From Scyliorhinus canicula (Eukaryota): a stretch of DNA of 64,000 nt. Shown piece by piece: positions 26,601 through 38,390 of this stretch; the first letter of the stretch is position 1; each line of letters opens with the position of its first letter. The notes under the pieces are model-generated. The model was not told the DNA's origin. It saw only the letters and a program-made list of their open reading frames with translations, and did not search any database. The stretch spans positions 20,018,526 through 20,082,525 of the forward strand of contig NC_052169.1 in the NCBI RefSeq assembly GCF_902713615.1, read 5' to 3'. The position numbers were made by a program, and so were the translations under genes.

Positions 26601-29049
26601 TTTATCTCTCTATAGAAGACTTTGGGATTCCCCGCTATGTTAGCTGTCAGTCTCTTTTCATACTCTCTGCTTCTCCGGCTCACTTTGTAATATCACCAGT
26701 CAGCCAGTTAGAGGACGTTGGAACGAGCGCCGCTGGAAGGGCATTTCATTTAAATCTTTTAAAATGAAAAGGATTTCCCCAGTGCATCAAACTTCATCGT
26801 ACCTTGCTTTCAAGTGCATTCAATTTCCAGAGTGCTGCGCCACATTAAGATAGTTGCTGATGGTGCAATCACAATGCCAAATTCAATCTAACTGTTAATC
26901 TCCTGCTGTCAACTGGGAAGACATCAGGAACGGTTGTGCGTGCGGACGTGGGCCACAACGCAGTTGCCAGTGCAGACGCAGCATGCAAGGCAGTGGGAGC
27001 TGCTGTTGAAGGAAAGCCAGGCATTACTGCCGCTTTCCTCAAAATAATGGGAGAATTTTGACCCTTCTTGGATCTCAGGCCTCAATGTCCTCACAAATAA
27101 ACAGCCTATTTGGTGAACAAATTGCACAGGTTCAGGGGGTTTCTACACAGGCAAGGAGGCTCAGTTGCTGGATAATGGGGCCTGCAATTACAGGACTGCT
27201 TCAAGCCACACATGGGGTGACATTCCCAAGTGTCTTGTATTCACTGCAGGAATAACTGTTTGAAAAAAATGTATTGCTTTATTTAATCATTTGCAAACCT
27301 TTACCTCCGATTTTTTTTTTTCAAATCCCCATCATAAAAAAAAACTTTAAAAATGATTCTCGTAAAGGAGACATGCCGACTTGCAAAAGAAAAATGTATC
27401 ATTCAGCGACGCATTGAAATGCACCTCACTTTAAACCTTAAAGAAGTTGAGGTGACACCTCACCTGTGTTTGTGCGGCAAGTGCTCCCCCTAGTGTTCCA
27501 GCAGAAATAAACACAAGCTTTGTTAAAAGATGCAGAAAACAAACTGAACCAATTTGCATCTGAAGTCGTACAGTTCCCTTCAGTTGAGCCACAGACCCAA
27601 AGGATAACGTTGAGCAGAGTTAAGGAACTTCAGTCGGGTTGGCAATGCAAGGGAAAATAGAATCATCGAATCTTTCAGGGCAGCAGGGAGCCATCGATCC
27701 CACTTGTGTCTGTGCTGGATCTTTGGCAGAGCTATTCAATTAGTCCCATTGCCCTGCACTTTTTACCCTGCAACTATATCCCCTTTCAATATTAATCCAA
27801 TTTCCTTTTGAAAGTCGGAATTGAATCTGCTTCCACCCACCTTTCAAGCAATGTAATCCAGATCATCATAACTCTCTGAATAGAAACTATTTTTCCTGTC
27901 CCCCCCAGGTTCCCACACCGGATTCCGCACCACCACTAATGCTCTCCATAGTCGCCCAGCCTGTGATACCCACCGTGAAGGTTGATTTCTGACCAGCGCC
28001 CGAGCAAGGAGGCAGCGTGTTGGGTAGGAACCAGCAGAAAGGGGCTGGTTTAGCGCAGGGCTAAATCGCTGGCTTTGAAAGCAGACCAAGGCAGGCCAGC
28101 AGCAGCACGGTTCGATTCCCGTACCAGTCTCCCCGAACCAGTCTCCCCAAACAGGCGCCGGATTGTGGCGACTAGCGGCTTTCCACAGTAACTTCATTTG
28201 AAGTGGCAGCACGGTAGCATAGTGGTTAGCATCAATGCTTCACAGCTCCAGGGTCCCAGGTTCGATTCCCGGCTGGGTCACTGTCTGTGCGGAGTCTGCA
28301 CGTCCTCCCCGTGTGCGCGTGGGTTTCCTCCGGGTGCTCCGGTTTCATCCCACAGTCCAAAGATGTGCGGGTTAGGTGGATTGGCCATGCTAAATTGCCC
28401 GTAGTGTCCTAAAAGGTAAGGTTAAGGGGGAGTTGTTGGGTTACGGGTATAGGGTGGATACGTGAGTTTGAGTAGGGTGATCATTGCTCGGCACAACATC
28501 GAGGGCCGAAGGGCCTGTTCTGTGCTGTACTGTTCTAAATTCTAACGCCTACTTGTGACAATAAGCGATTTTCATTTCAGAAAGATGGCAAGAGCGATTT
28601 AGAACGGGACAAAAACAGCACAATAAATTGAACGGATCACACAGCTTGAACCGAAAGACGTGCTCGCAATTTATGACTTTCAAATTTGTTGTAATAGCAT
28701 CAGGCTAGAGGCATCGGTAAATAAGACAAAATAAAAGACTGGGACAATTTCATCTCAAACTTATTCTGCCTCATGATGCTCAAAGTGCGGTAAAGACTGT
28801 ATCAATGTATGCTGGTCGTATCACGATTGTCAGAAGACGTAAAAAGGTGCATAAAGTCATAATTTATATACTAGATTTTACAGTTAACAGAAGGTTCAGA
28901 TTAGATTCAATGATGGTTTTCTAGAAGCAGCTACCATAAATTTCAAAACATGTACAGCAAAATAATGTATTAACTTTTGAAAGGGAAAAATAAACAAAGA
29001 AATGATTGAGAAAAATCTAATGAGTGATAACTGCAAGTCCATTATTCAG

Positions 29050-29402
29050 GGGAGTTAGTGGCGTTGTGGTAATATCGCTGGACTAGTAACCCAGGGACCC
29101 AGAGTCATGCTCTGTGGATCTGGGTTCAAATCCCACCATGACAGATGGTGAAATTTGAATTCAATAAAAATAATCTGGAATTAAAAGTCTAAAAGTTGAG
29201 CACGAAACTATTGTCGATTGTGGTTAAAAAATATATATATATATATCTGGTTCACTAATGTCCTTTAGGAAAGGAAATAGTTATCTGGTCTGACCAACAT
29301 GTGACTCCAGATCCACAGCAATGTGGTTCACTCTTAAACGCCCTCAGAGATGGGCAATAAATGTCAACCCAGCCAGCGACCCCCAGGTCCCATGGACGAA
29401 TT
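29050..29402 (+). mobile_element. Older tRNA-derived SINE (related copies at about 3330-3750 - and 55735-56110 +)
   Basis: Head tggtaatatcgctggactagtaacccag...ggttcaaatcccacc; tail gatgggcaataaatg..gccagcgac..cccatg shared with the LINE at 9256-9880. Confidence 0.65.
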
Positions 29403-30773
29403 TTTTAAAAATTCCAAGGGCAGCACGGTGGCACAGTGGGTTAGCCCTGCTGCCTCACAACACCGAGGTCCCAGGTTCGGTCCCGGCTCTGGGTCACTGT
29501 CCGTGTGGAGTTTGCACATTCTCCCCGTGTTTGCGTGGGTTTCGCCCCCACAACCCAAAGATGTGCAGCGTAGGTGGATTGAACACGCTAAATTGCCCCT
29601 TAATTGGAATAAAATTAATTGGGTACACTAAATTTTAAAAAATTAAAAATATAGGCCATCTGGCCCCCCCGAGCCTGCTGCGCCATTCAATGAGATCATG
29701 GCTGATCTTTTGTGGACTCAGCTCCACTTTCCGGCCCGAACACCATAACCCTTAATCCAGGGCCCTGGATCGAACCTGGGACCTTGGCGCCGTGAGGCAG
29801 CTGTGCTATCCACTGCACCACCGTGCTGTCCGAGAGTTGTACATCTAAGTTTGCAGATGACACCCGTGAGGAGCAACTAGCAGCAAGTTAGAAAGTCATA
29901 GAATCGTAGAATTTAAAGTGCAGAAGGAGGCCACTCGGCCCATCGAGTCTGCACCGGCCCTTGGAAAGAGCACCCTCCCAAAGCCCTCATCTCCACCCTA
30001 TCCCCTTAACCCCACCCAATCTTTTTTGGACACTAAGGTAATTCAGCATTGCCAATCCGCCTAACCTGCACATCTTTGGACTGTGGGAAGAAACCGGAGC
30101 ATCCGGAGGAAACCCACGCAGACACGGGGAGAACGTGCAGACTCCACAGGCATTGATCCAAGCCGGGAAACGAACCTGGGACCCTAGATCGGTGAAGCAA
30201 CTGTGCTAACCACTGTGCTACCGTGCCGTCCTGTGATATGGATAGAATAATTGAGTTTTCAAAACTCTGGCAGATGAAGTTGAGGGTGACATAATTGAAG
30301 CGCCTAAAATGGTCATGTATAGAGGCCAATTAAAAAAAGCTATTTCCTTTGGTGGAGGAATCCAGAAAAAGAGGGAATCAATTTTAAAATTAGAGTTTAA
30401 TCATTCGGGAGGAAGTGCTGTAGGAATCTGGGACTCTCGCCTCAGAAAAGGTTGTGAATGCTGAGACAATTGAAAGTTTCAAGACCGATATTGAAAGATT
30501 GTTGTTAAGTCAGGAAACTAAGCGATATGCAGGAAGGTATGTTAGTGCGTTGAGGGACATATGAACCATTGACCAGGCTGGGGGAAAGGGTTGAATGTAC
30601 TTCTGCTGTATTTCATAAAACTGACTGAAATACTACAGTGAAGTCAAGCCATGGATCATTGCCATCTACCCAGCCAGGGAAATGTTCAACACTGGTAAGG
30701 CCACAAAGTAGAAGGGGCAGAGTTTCACCATCATTGCTCAGACATAAAAACGTTTGTTGCCTTCAGCACTCAC

Positions 30774-30910
30774 CTTTACCAGATCCATTGGTGTTTTAAC
30801 TTCTTCCGCTGGTTGCTGGCTCTCTGACGCAAGCAACGGTTCTTGCTTGTTCCGGCCTTTCCGCTTGGACTTCTTGAGCTGGTCACCAGCTTTCGATGAA
30901 TCTGGGACCT
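30774..30910 (-). CDS. TRIP4: TRIP4 coding exon 3 (EVPDSSKAGDQLKKSKRKGRNKQE...VKTPMDLVK)
   Basis: ctgtag| acceptor, |gtgagt donor, 137 nt; conserved KRKGRNKQE and VKTP motifs. Confidence 0.93.
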
Positions 30911-31121
30911 CTACAGAAAGAGAGAGATTTACATTTTTCTTTCCAATTAAAGGGCAATTTAGCGTGGCCAATCGACCTACCTTCACATCTTTGGGTAGTG
31001 GGGGTGAGACCCACGCAGACACGGGGAGAACGTGCGAACACCACACTGACAGTGACCCGGGGCCGGGATTCGAACCCAGGTCCTCAGCAGCAGCGCAGTG
31101 GTTAGCACTATCATGCAGCCC

Positions 31122-31655
31122 GAGATTTACATTTATACAGCACTTCTCGCAACCTCAGGACTTCCCAGAGTGCTTGCCAGGCAATAAAATACATTTCAAA
31201 GTTTAGTCACTGCTACAATGTAGGAAATGTGGCAGCCAATTTGTGCACAGCAAGCCCCCCCCCCCCCCCCACACACAACCAATAATGCCATATTGGCAAA
31301 ATAACTTGAAATGAAATGAAATGAAAATGGCTTGTCATGACTAGGCTCCAATGAAGTTACTGTGAAAAGCACCTAGTCGCCACATTCCGGCGCCTGTCTG
31401 GGGAGGCTGGTACAGGAATCGAGCCGTGCTGCTGGCCTGCTTGGTCTGCTTTAAAAGCCAGCGATTTAGCCAAGTGAGCTAAACCAGCCCCTTATGTCAG
31501 TAATGGGGTAAATACTGTCCAGGATACAGGGGAGAACTGCTCTGGTTTTTCTTCTAATAGTGCCACGGGTTCTTTTACATAATCCAAGCGGGAAGACGAC
31601 ACTTTGGTTTAACATCCCATCTGAAAGACAGCACCTTCAACAAGGCAGCACTCTC
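31122..31655 (-). mobile_element. Old DeuSINE (SacSINE1-like) copy upstream of TRIP4 exon 3, split by younger SINEs
   Basis: Same core as the 23262 copy (ggcagccaatttgtgcacagcaag; tagtgccacgggttcttttac; gaaagacagcacctt). Confidence 0.7.
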
Positions 31656-31754
31656 TTGCATGTGGAACGGCACTCACTGCTTTTCTTTTAACTCCACCCT
31701 AAAAATCGAACTCATTGGACCAGCAGTCAGGAACCAGCTTATAGCTTTTAAAAG

Positions 31755-31952
31755 AAAAGCAAAATACTGCAGATGCTGGAAATCTGAAATAAAGGCAGAA
31801 AATGGTGGAAAAACTCAGCAGGTCAGGCAGCATCCGTGAAGAGAGAAACAGAGTTAACGTTTCGAGTCCAATACGATTTTTCTTTACTAATTGGAAGAAG
31901 ACCCTTCACAGATGCTGCCTGACCTGCTGAGTTTTTCCCGCGTTTTCTGTCT
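31755..31952. mobile_element. Palindromic Penelope-like terminal remnant
   Basis: Arms 31795-31841 and 31904-31950 are near-perfect reverse complements; related half copy at about 53505-53597; family assignment from recall of shark repeats. Confidence 0.55.
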
Positions 31953-32028
31953 AGTTTTTAAACTCTTGACTTCCTAAAATTAGGCAATTTAAGAGCTATG
32001 AATTTAACTGCGTTTAAATTGGACGCAC

Positions 32029-32198
32029 CATCTTTTTTTCTGTAGGACTGTACTTGTCCGGGAGTAAGTGACTCTTGCGATCTCTTCCACCTTTTCAGAA
32101 GCTCGTCAATGAAAGTCCGTTTCTTTCCGTCGGTTCCTTGAATCAAGTCAGCGACATACTCTTCAATTTCCTCTGCGCTCTCAATTGATAGGATATAC
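32029..32198 (-). CDS. TRIP4: TRIP4 coding exon 2 (YILSIESAEEIEEYVADLIQGTDGKKRTFIDELLKRW...RKKD)
   Basis: ccag| acceptor, G|gtgcgt donor, 170 nt, phases 2 to 1 consistent with neighbours. Confidence 0.93.
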
Positions 32199-33339
32199 CT
32201 GGGTGAATAAAACAAATGTTTTGTGTGGTAGAGGAATGGCGGGAGAAGAAGTTGAAAGTTTATGATCAGCATATCAGGGAATTACATTCATTCACTTTCC
32301 TAATCTCCAGCAACTCCGTGACTCAAACATTGCCAGTTTGTAATTACATTGATCCTCAATCTCACACAAAGGTCGTTGAAAACATGTTATAAGAATTAGA
32401 GGATGGGCAGCAAGGTGGCGCAGTGGTTAGCACTGCAGTCTCACGGCGCCGAGGTCCCAGGTTCGGTCCCGGCTCTGGGTCACTGTCTGTGTAGAGTTTG
32501 CACATTCTCCCCGTGTTTGCGTGGGTTTCGCCCGCCACAACCCAAAGATGTGCAAGGTAGATGGATTGAACATGCTAAATTGCCCCTTAATTGGAAAAAA
32601 TAAATTGGATACTCTAAATTTATTTTTTAAAAAGAATTAGAGGATGGTTACAATGTAAAATTCTCTTTCATAAGCCATTCTTGAAGCAGAGACCAATTAT
32701 TTTCTCAGGAAAATGGATATTTATCCACTACTATGGATACTGACAACCTGAGTCATCATCTCCAATTCGATTTTCACAAGAATCTTTGCCCATACACAGG
32801 ACGTCAGAACCATATTGACCGGAGGATTGATCTGTCCTCACTTGTCTTTAGCTAACTTAGAACAAAAGAACATACAACATACAGTGCAGAAGGAGGCCAT
32901 TCGGCTCGAGTCTGCACCGACCCACTTAAGCCCTCATTTCCACCCTATCCCCATAACACAATAACCCCTCCCAATCTTTTGGACACTAAGGGCAATTTAG
33001 CTTGGCCAATCCACCTAACCTGCACGTCTTTGGACTGTGGGAGGAAACCGGAGCACCCGGAGGAAACCCACTCAGACACGGGGAGAACGTGCAGACTCCG
33101 CACAGACCCAGCGGGGAATCGAACCTGGGACCCTGGCGCTGTGAAGCCACAGTGCTAGCCACTTGTGCTACCGTGCTGCCCTTGTTCCAACTCACTTCAA
33201 ACTTTGTCGTGCCATTGTGAATCATTTCTTTGCCATTTTTCTCCCCATCACAAACATCACTGCCTTTAGTAAAGTGAAATGTCAATTGTTTCAAAGATCA
33301 GCTCTTAGAGAACTCGATATTGTTTGTGCAGACCAATAG

Positions 33340-33825
33340 ATTTAGTACTTGCCACATGTACCGAGGCACAGTGAAAAGTATCGTTCTGCGTACAGATCAG
33401 GCAGATCTTTCCATACATGAAAAATATAGGACATACGATAAAGACACAATGTAAATACATAGACATAGGGTGAAGCATACGGAGTGTAGTGCAACTTAGG
33501 AGAGAATATGTGCAAAGAGATCAGTTCAGTCCATAAGGAGGTCATTCAGGAGTCTGGTAACAGCGGGGAAGACATTGTTTTTTGAACCTTTTAGTTTGTG
33601 TTCTCAGACTTTGATATCTCCTGCCGGGTAGAAGAAGTTGGAATAGAGTATAACCAGGGAAGGAGGGGTCTTTGATTATGCTGCCCGCTTTCCCAAAGCA
33701 ACGGGAGGTGTAGACATAGTCAATGGATACGTGGCGGGTTTGAGTGATGGACTGGACTGTGTTCACAACTCTCTGTAGTGTCTTGCGGTCCTGGGCCGAG
33801 CAGTTGCCATATCAGGCTGTGATCA
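33340..33825 (-). mobile_element. Rex1/Babar-like LINE 3' fragment
   Basis: RCFGKAGSIIKDPSFPGYTLFQLLLPGRRYQSLRTQTKRFKK is a Rex1-type ORF C-terminus; tail cttttcactgtgcctcggtacatgtg; second tail copy at about 39130-39310 (+). Confidence 0.7.
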
Positions 33826-34099
33826 GGCAGCACGATGGGTTAGCACTGCTGCCTCACGGCTGAGGTCCCAGGTTCGATCTGGGCTCTGGGTCACTGTCCG
33901 TGTGCAGTTTGCACATTCTCCCCATGTTTGCGTGGGTTTCGCCCCCACAACCCAAAGATGTGCAGGCCAGGTGGATTGGCCACACTAAATTGCTCCATAA
34001 TTGGAAAAAATTAATTGGGTATCCTAAATTTCTTTTTTAAAAGAATTAGAGGATGGTTACAATTTAAAATTATCTTCCATAAGCCATTCTTGAAGCAGA

Positions 34100-34275
34100 G
34101 GTAGAGGGGCAGGAAGGGGGGGGGGTGCAGGTAGAGGGGCAGGAGGGGAATGGGGGGGGGGGGGCAGGAGGGGAATGGGATGGGAGGTAGAGGGGCAGGA
34201 GCTGCAGGACGGGAACGGGGGGGGGGGGGGGGGGGGGGGGGGAGTCGAGGGGCAGGAGCTACAGGAGGGAGGGGC
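34100..34275 (+). repeat. G-rich low-complexity repeat (gaggggcagga x4 plus poly-G) in TRIP4 intron 1
   Basis: Direct inspection; many runs of 3 or more G. Confidence 0.85.
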
Positions 34276-34346
34276 TCGGTCAAGGGAAGGAGTTCCGCCC
34301 CAGGCCCCTGAAGCGTTGCTTATCCCGCCGGGCGGCTGTCACTTAC

Positions 34347-34423
34347 TGAATCAGCTCCTCATTCACTTCCAGACTAAATTTCCGGACCAACTCCTCCTGG
34401 CACCAGCGCAGAAGAGTCTCCAT
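34347..34423 (-). CDS. TRIP4: TRIP4/ASC-1 coding exon 1 (METLLRWCQEELVRKFSLEVNEELIQ)
   Basis: ATG at 34423 in a CpG-rich region; 77 nt ending CA|gtaagt; resembles the vertebrate ASC-1 N-terminus; phase 2 matches exon 2. Confidence 0.92.
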
Positions 34424-34560
34424 TTCACCGCTCACCTCCCCGGCTCAAATCCACCCGGAAACATTCCCCCGGCGCACCCGACACACGCAAACGGTCCATC
34501 CGCCGGATATCTCCCCGCGGCACCGCCCGCGCCGCATTATCGTTCCGGCCTGCAAGAAAA
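34424..34560 (-). promoter_or_regulatory. TRIP4 CpG-rich 5' UTR/core promoter with ETS-like CCGGAA motifs
   Basis: High CpG density directly upstream of the ATG; CCGGAA near 34455, TTCCGG near 34543 and CCGGAT near 34503; no TATA seen. Confidence 0.6.
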
Positions 34561-34689
34561 TCAAATCCCTTCCTTCACTCAATCCAAAACTGCCTTCTCG
34601 ACAGAGAAAGCCTGGTTAATAAAAGATACAGGAACAAAATAAATTGCATTAAATAAATTATAGTGACAAGATCACAAACGAACTGGAAA

Positions 34690-35515
34690 GGAAAGCTGAG
34701 AGGGGGAGACAAAAGGTTTGCAAATAGATATTGACAGGTTAAGTCAGTGGGCAAAAAGTTGGAAAATGGAGTAAAACGTGGGGAAATGTGAAGTTGTTCA
34801 TTTTGGAAGGGAGAACAAAAGAACAGAGTATTATTTAAATGGAGAAAAACTGCAGAAAGCCGCGTCACAAGGGGGTACCTGTGCTCGAAACACATAAAGC
34901 TCTGAGGTTATCGGGAAGGCCGATGAACTTTTGGCCCTTATTTCAAGTCGGCTGGAGTACAAAAATCCTGAAGTCTTGCTGCAACTGTACAAGGTACTGG
35001 TGAGACCACTTCTGGAGCACTGTGAGCCGTTTTGCCCCCTTATTTAAGGAAATATATTATTTCATTAGAGGCAGTTCAGAGAAGGTTCACTAAGATGATT
35101 CTCTGTATGGGGACTCTGCTCATTGGAATTTAGAAGAATGAGAGGTGATCTCATTGAAACATAAAAGATTCTTAAAAGGGGCTTTGAGGTTCAATGCTGA
35201 GAGGATGTTTCCCCTCATGGGAGAGTCTAGGACCAGAGGACATAGTCTCAGAATAAAGGGGGTGCCAATTTATGACTGAGATGAGGAATTTCTTCTCTCC
35301 TGGGGCTGTGAGTCTTTGGAACTCCTTGCCACAGAGAGCTGTATGGGCAGAGTGTATATTTAAGACTAAGATAAATAGATTCTTGATCACTAAGGGAATC
35401 AAGGGTTGCGGGGAAAGGGCAGAAAAGTGGATCTGAGGAATGTCGGACGAGCCATGATCCGATTGAACGTCAGAGCAAGGTTGAGGGGCCAGACAGCCTA
35501 CTCCTGTTCCTCTTT
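34690..35515 (+). mobile_element. CR1/HER1 LINE 3' fragment upstream of the TRIP4 promoter
   Basis: Degenerate CR1 ORF2 C-terminus and 3' UTR (agagggcatagtctcagaataa, cctactcctgttcct). Confidence 0.85.
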
Positions 35516-37231
35516 CTTTTGGTCTGAACGATGTGTTACGACAACTCGAAAATGTCACAGTCCTTATCATCTGCTGCCTCAGGACTTGATTTATGTCAGT
35601 GGCCTATGTTTCTCAAACTGGGAGTTCCAGACCACATAGAGCAGCATGAAGATGACCAGGCAGACAGCAGCTGGCGGTAGGCATCAGGTGGGTTCAGCCT
35701 TGTTCAAGAGTTGACTGAAAAAAATCAATTATGCTGCTTAGACTCAAATAAACGATGCCCAAAAACTGGTTACGCTAAATAGAGAGCTGGATATCTGGTG
35801 TCATTAAAGTAGGTGGCAAAGTCTAAACAGCATAGCTAGGAGAAGCAAATTGCAAGGAATACTGATAGGTTAAGTGAGTGGGAAAAATTGTTCAGTGGGG
35901 AAAATCATCCACTTTGACGGGACAAAGATCGATCAGCACCTTCATGGGGAAAAGCCACTGTCTCAGACTCTCATGCCATAGTGCGCCGACAGGCTGTACA
36001 CACCACAGAATGTTTGTCTGATATGAAGTGTAAACATACATTGTGAATATATCCTGTGGAGCAAGGCATCTCATGTACTGTTTTAAAATAAATTGATCTG
36101 CTTGACACTTTACGTAATGGCAAATGTGATTTATTATGTAATATACTTCTACAAGTTTTATGAGTCAAGTATAGTTTTGGAAAACAAAGTTCTTTGAGAA
36201 TAGACGATTAAGGGATGATCTTAATCGAGGTTTTTATTTATTTATATTATAAATTTAGAGTACCCAATTCATTTTGGGTTAAGAGGCAATTTAGCGTGGC
36301 TGCACATCTTTGGGTTGTGGGGTGAAACCCACGCAAACACGGGGAGAATGTGCAAACTCCACACGGAACGTGACCCAGAGCCGGGATAGAACCTGGGACC
36401 TTGGCGCCGTGAGACAGCAGTGCTAACCACTGCGCCACCGCGCTGCCCCTAATTGAGGTTTTTATGATAATTAAGGGATTTGATGAGGTAGTTAGATAGG
36501 GATGTACCATCTCCTCTGGTGGAAGAAGACAGAATAAAGGCACAGAACCTTATAATTAGAGCTCAGCTGTTCAGGAATGTTTTAGGGAAGCCACCTTCTT
36601 CATACAAAAGGTACTGGAAACATGGAACTTTCTCCCAAAAACCTGGGGGACTATCTGATCAATTGCAAATTTCAAAACTGACGTTGATAGATTTTTATTG
36701 GGCAAGGGCACAAAATACATGGAACCAAGGTGAGCAAATGGAGCTATGATCAGCCAATACGTACATCAGAATAGGACTCGGGGGCTGACAGTCTCCTCCT
36801 GATCCAATGCTCCCTATGACGAGAATTACATGAAGAGGGGTGCATCATGAACACCAGCATTGACTAATTGGGTCATTTTGTGGAGTGAATTTGATGTAAT
36901 TGTGTTCAAGGTCGACTCTTGGGTGCAGTTCTGTCCATTAAAATCGTCGACAAGCCACCAACGTGACACTGGTTCAGCCACTTGTACTCATTTTAGCAGA
37001 AAATGCTTTTACAGGTCAATGGTCTTCACGTATATGTTTATTTCACCATCTTCTACTATTAAGTGTTGAGGAATTTATTGGACACAGCATTTCCTCTGCA
37101 GCTTCCAGGGTTTTGTCCAGCAGTTACAAAACGTCACTTAACCTCTTCAGACTGGTTGCCAAGGCTGTTCGCTGATCTGCTCTCCGTCCAGTACATGGCT
37201 GGATGTTGTTTGCCCTTTGCCTCGACACAGT

Positions 37232-38390
37232 TAAGAACATAAGAACATAAATACTAGGAGCAGGAGTAGGCCATCTGGCCCCTCGAGCCTGCTCCGCCAC
37301 TCAATGGGATCATAAGAACATGAAATGAAAAATGAAATGAAAATCGCTTATTGTCACGAGTAGGCTTCAGTGAAGTTACTGTGAAAAGCCCCTAGTTGCC
37401 ACATTCCGGCGCCTGTCCGGGGAAGCTGGTACAGGAATCGAACTGTGCTGCTGGCCTGCTTGGTCTGCTTTAAAAGCCAGCGATTTAGCACAGTGAGCTA
37501 AACCAGCCCGTAACATAAGAACTAGGAGCAGGAGTAGGCCATCTGGCCCCTCGAGCCTGCTCCACCATTCAATGATATCATGGCTGATCTATTGTGGATT
37601 CAGCTCCACTTTCCGGCCCGAACACCATATCCCTTAATCCCTTTATTCTTCTAAAAACTATCTATCGTTATCTTTTTTTTTATAAATTTAGATTACCCAA
37701 TTATTTTTTCCAATTAAGGGGTAATTTAGTGTGGCCAATCCACCTACTCTGCACATTTTTGGGTTGTGGGGGCGAAACCCACGCAAACACGGGGAGAATG
37801 TGCAAACTCCACACAGACAGTGACCCAGGGCCGGGATTCGAACCTGGGACCTCAGCGCCGTGAGGCGGTTGTGCTAACCACTAGGCCACCGTGCTGCCCC
37901 TATCTATCGTTATCTTAAAAACATTTAATGAAGGAGCCTCAACTGCTTCACTGGGCAAGGAATTCCATAGATTCACAACCCTTTGGGTGAAAAAGTTCCT
38001 CCTCAACTCAGTCCTAAATCTACTTCCCCTTATTCTGAGGCTATGGCCCCTAGTTCTGTTTTCACCTGCCAGTGGAAACAACCTGCCCGCATCTATCCTA
38101 TCTATTCCCTTCATATGGAATTTTGTCCTTCATTGCTAGAGGGATGGAGTTTAAGACTAGGGAGGTTATGCTGCAATTGACAGTGGAGTATTGTGTTCAG
38201 TTTTGGTCTCCTTACCTGAGAAAGGATGTACTGGTGCTGGAGGGTGTGCAGAGGAGATTCACTATATGTTTCTATAAGATCCCCCCCCCCCGCATCCTTC
38301 TAAATTCCAACGAGTACAATCCCAGTCTACTCAACCTCTCCTCGTAATCCAACCCCCTCAACTCTGGGATTAACCTAGTGAATCTCCCTA
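37232..38390 (-). mobile_element. CR1 3' end fragments with SINE insertions
   Basis: RTRGHSLRIRG...FFTQRVVNLWNSLP on the minus strand; (aagaacat)n tail. Confidence 0.8.
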
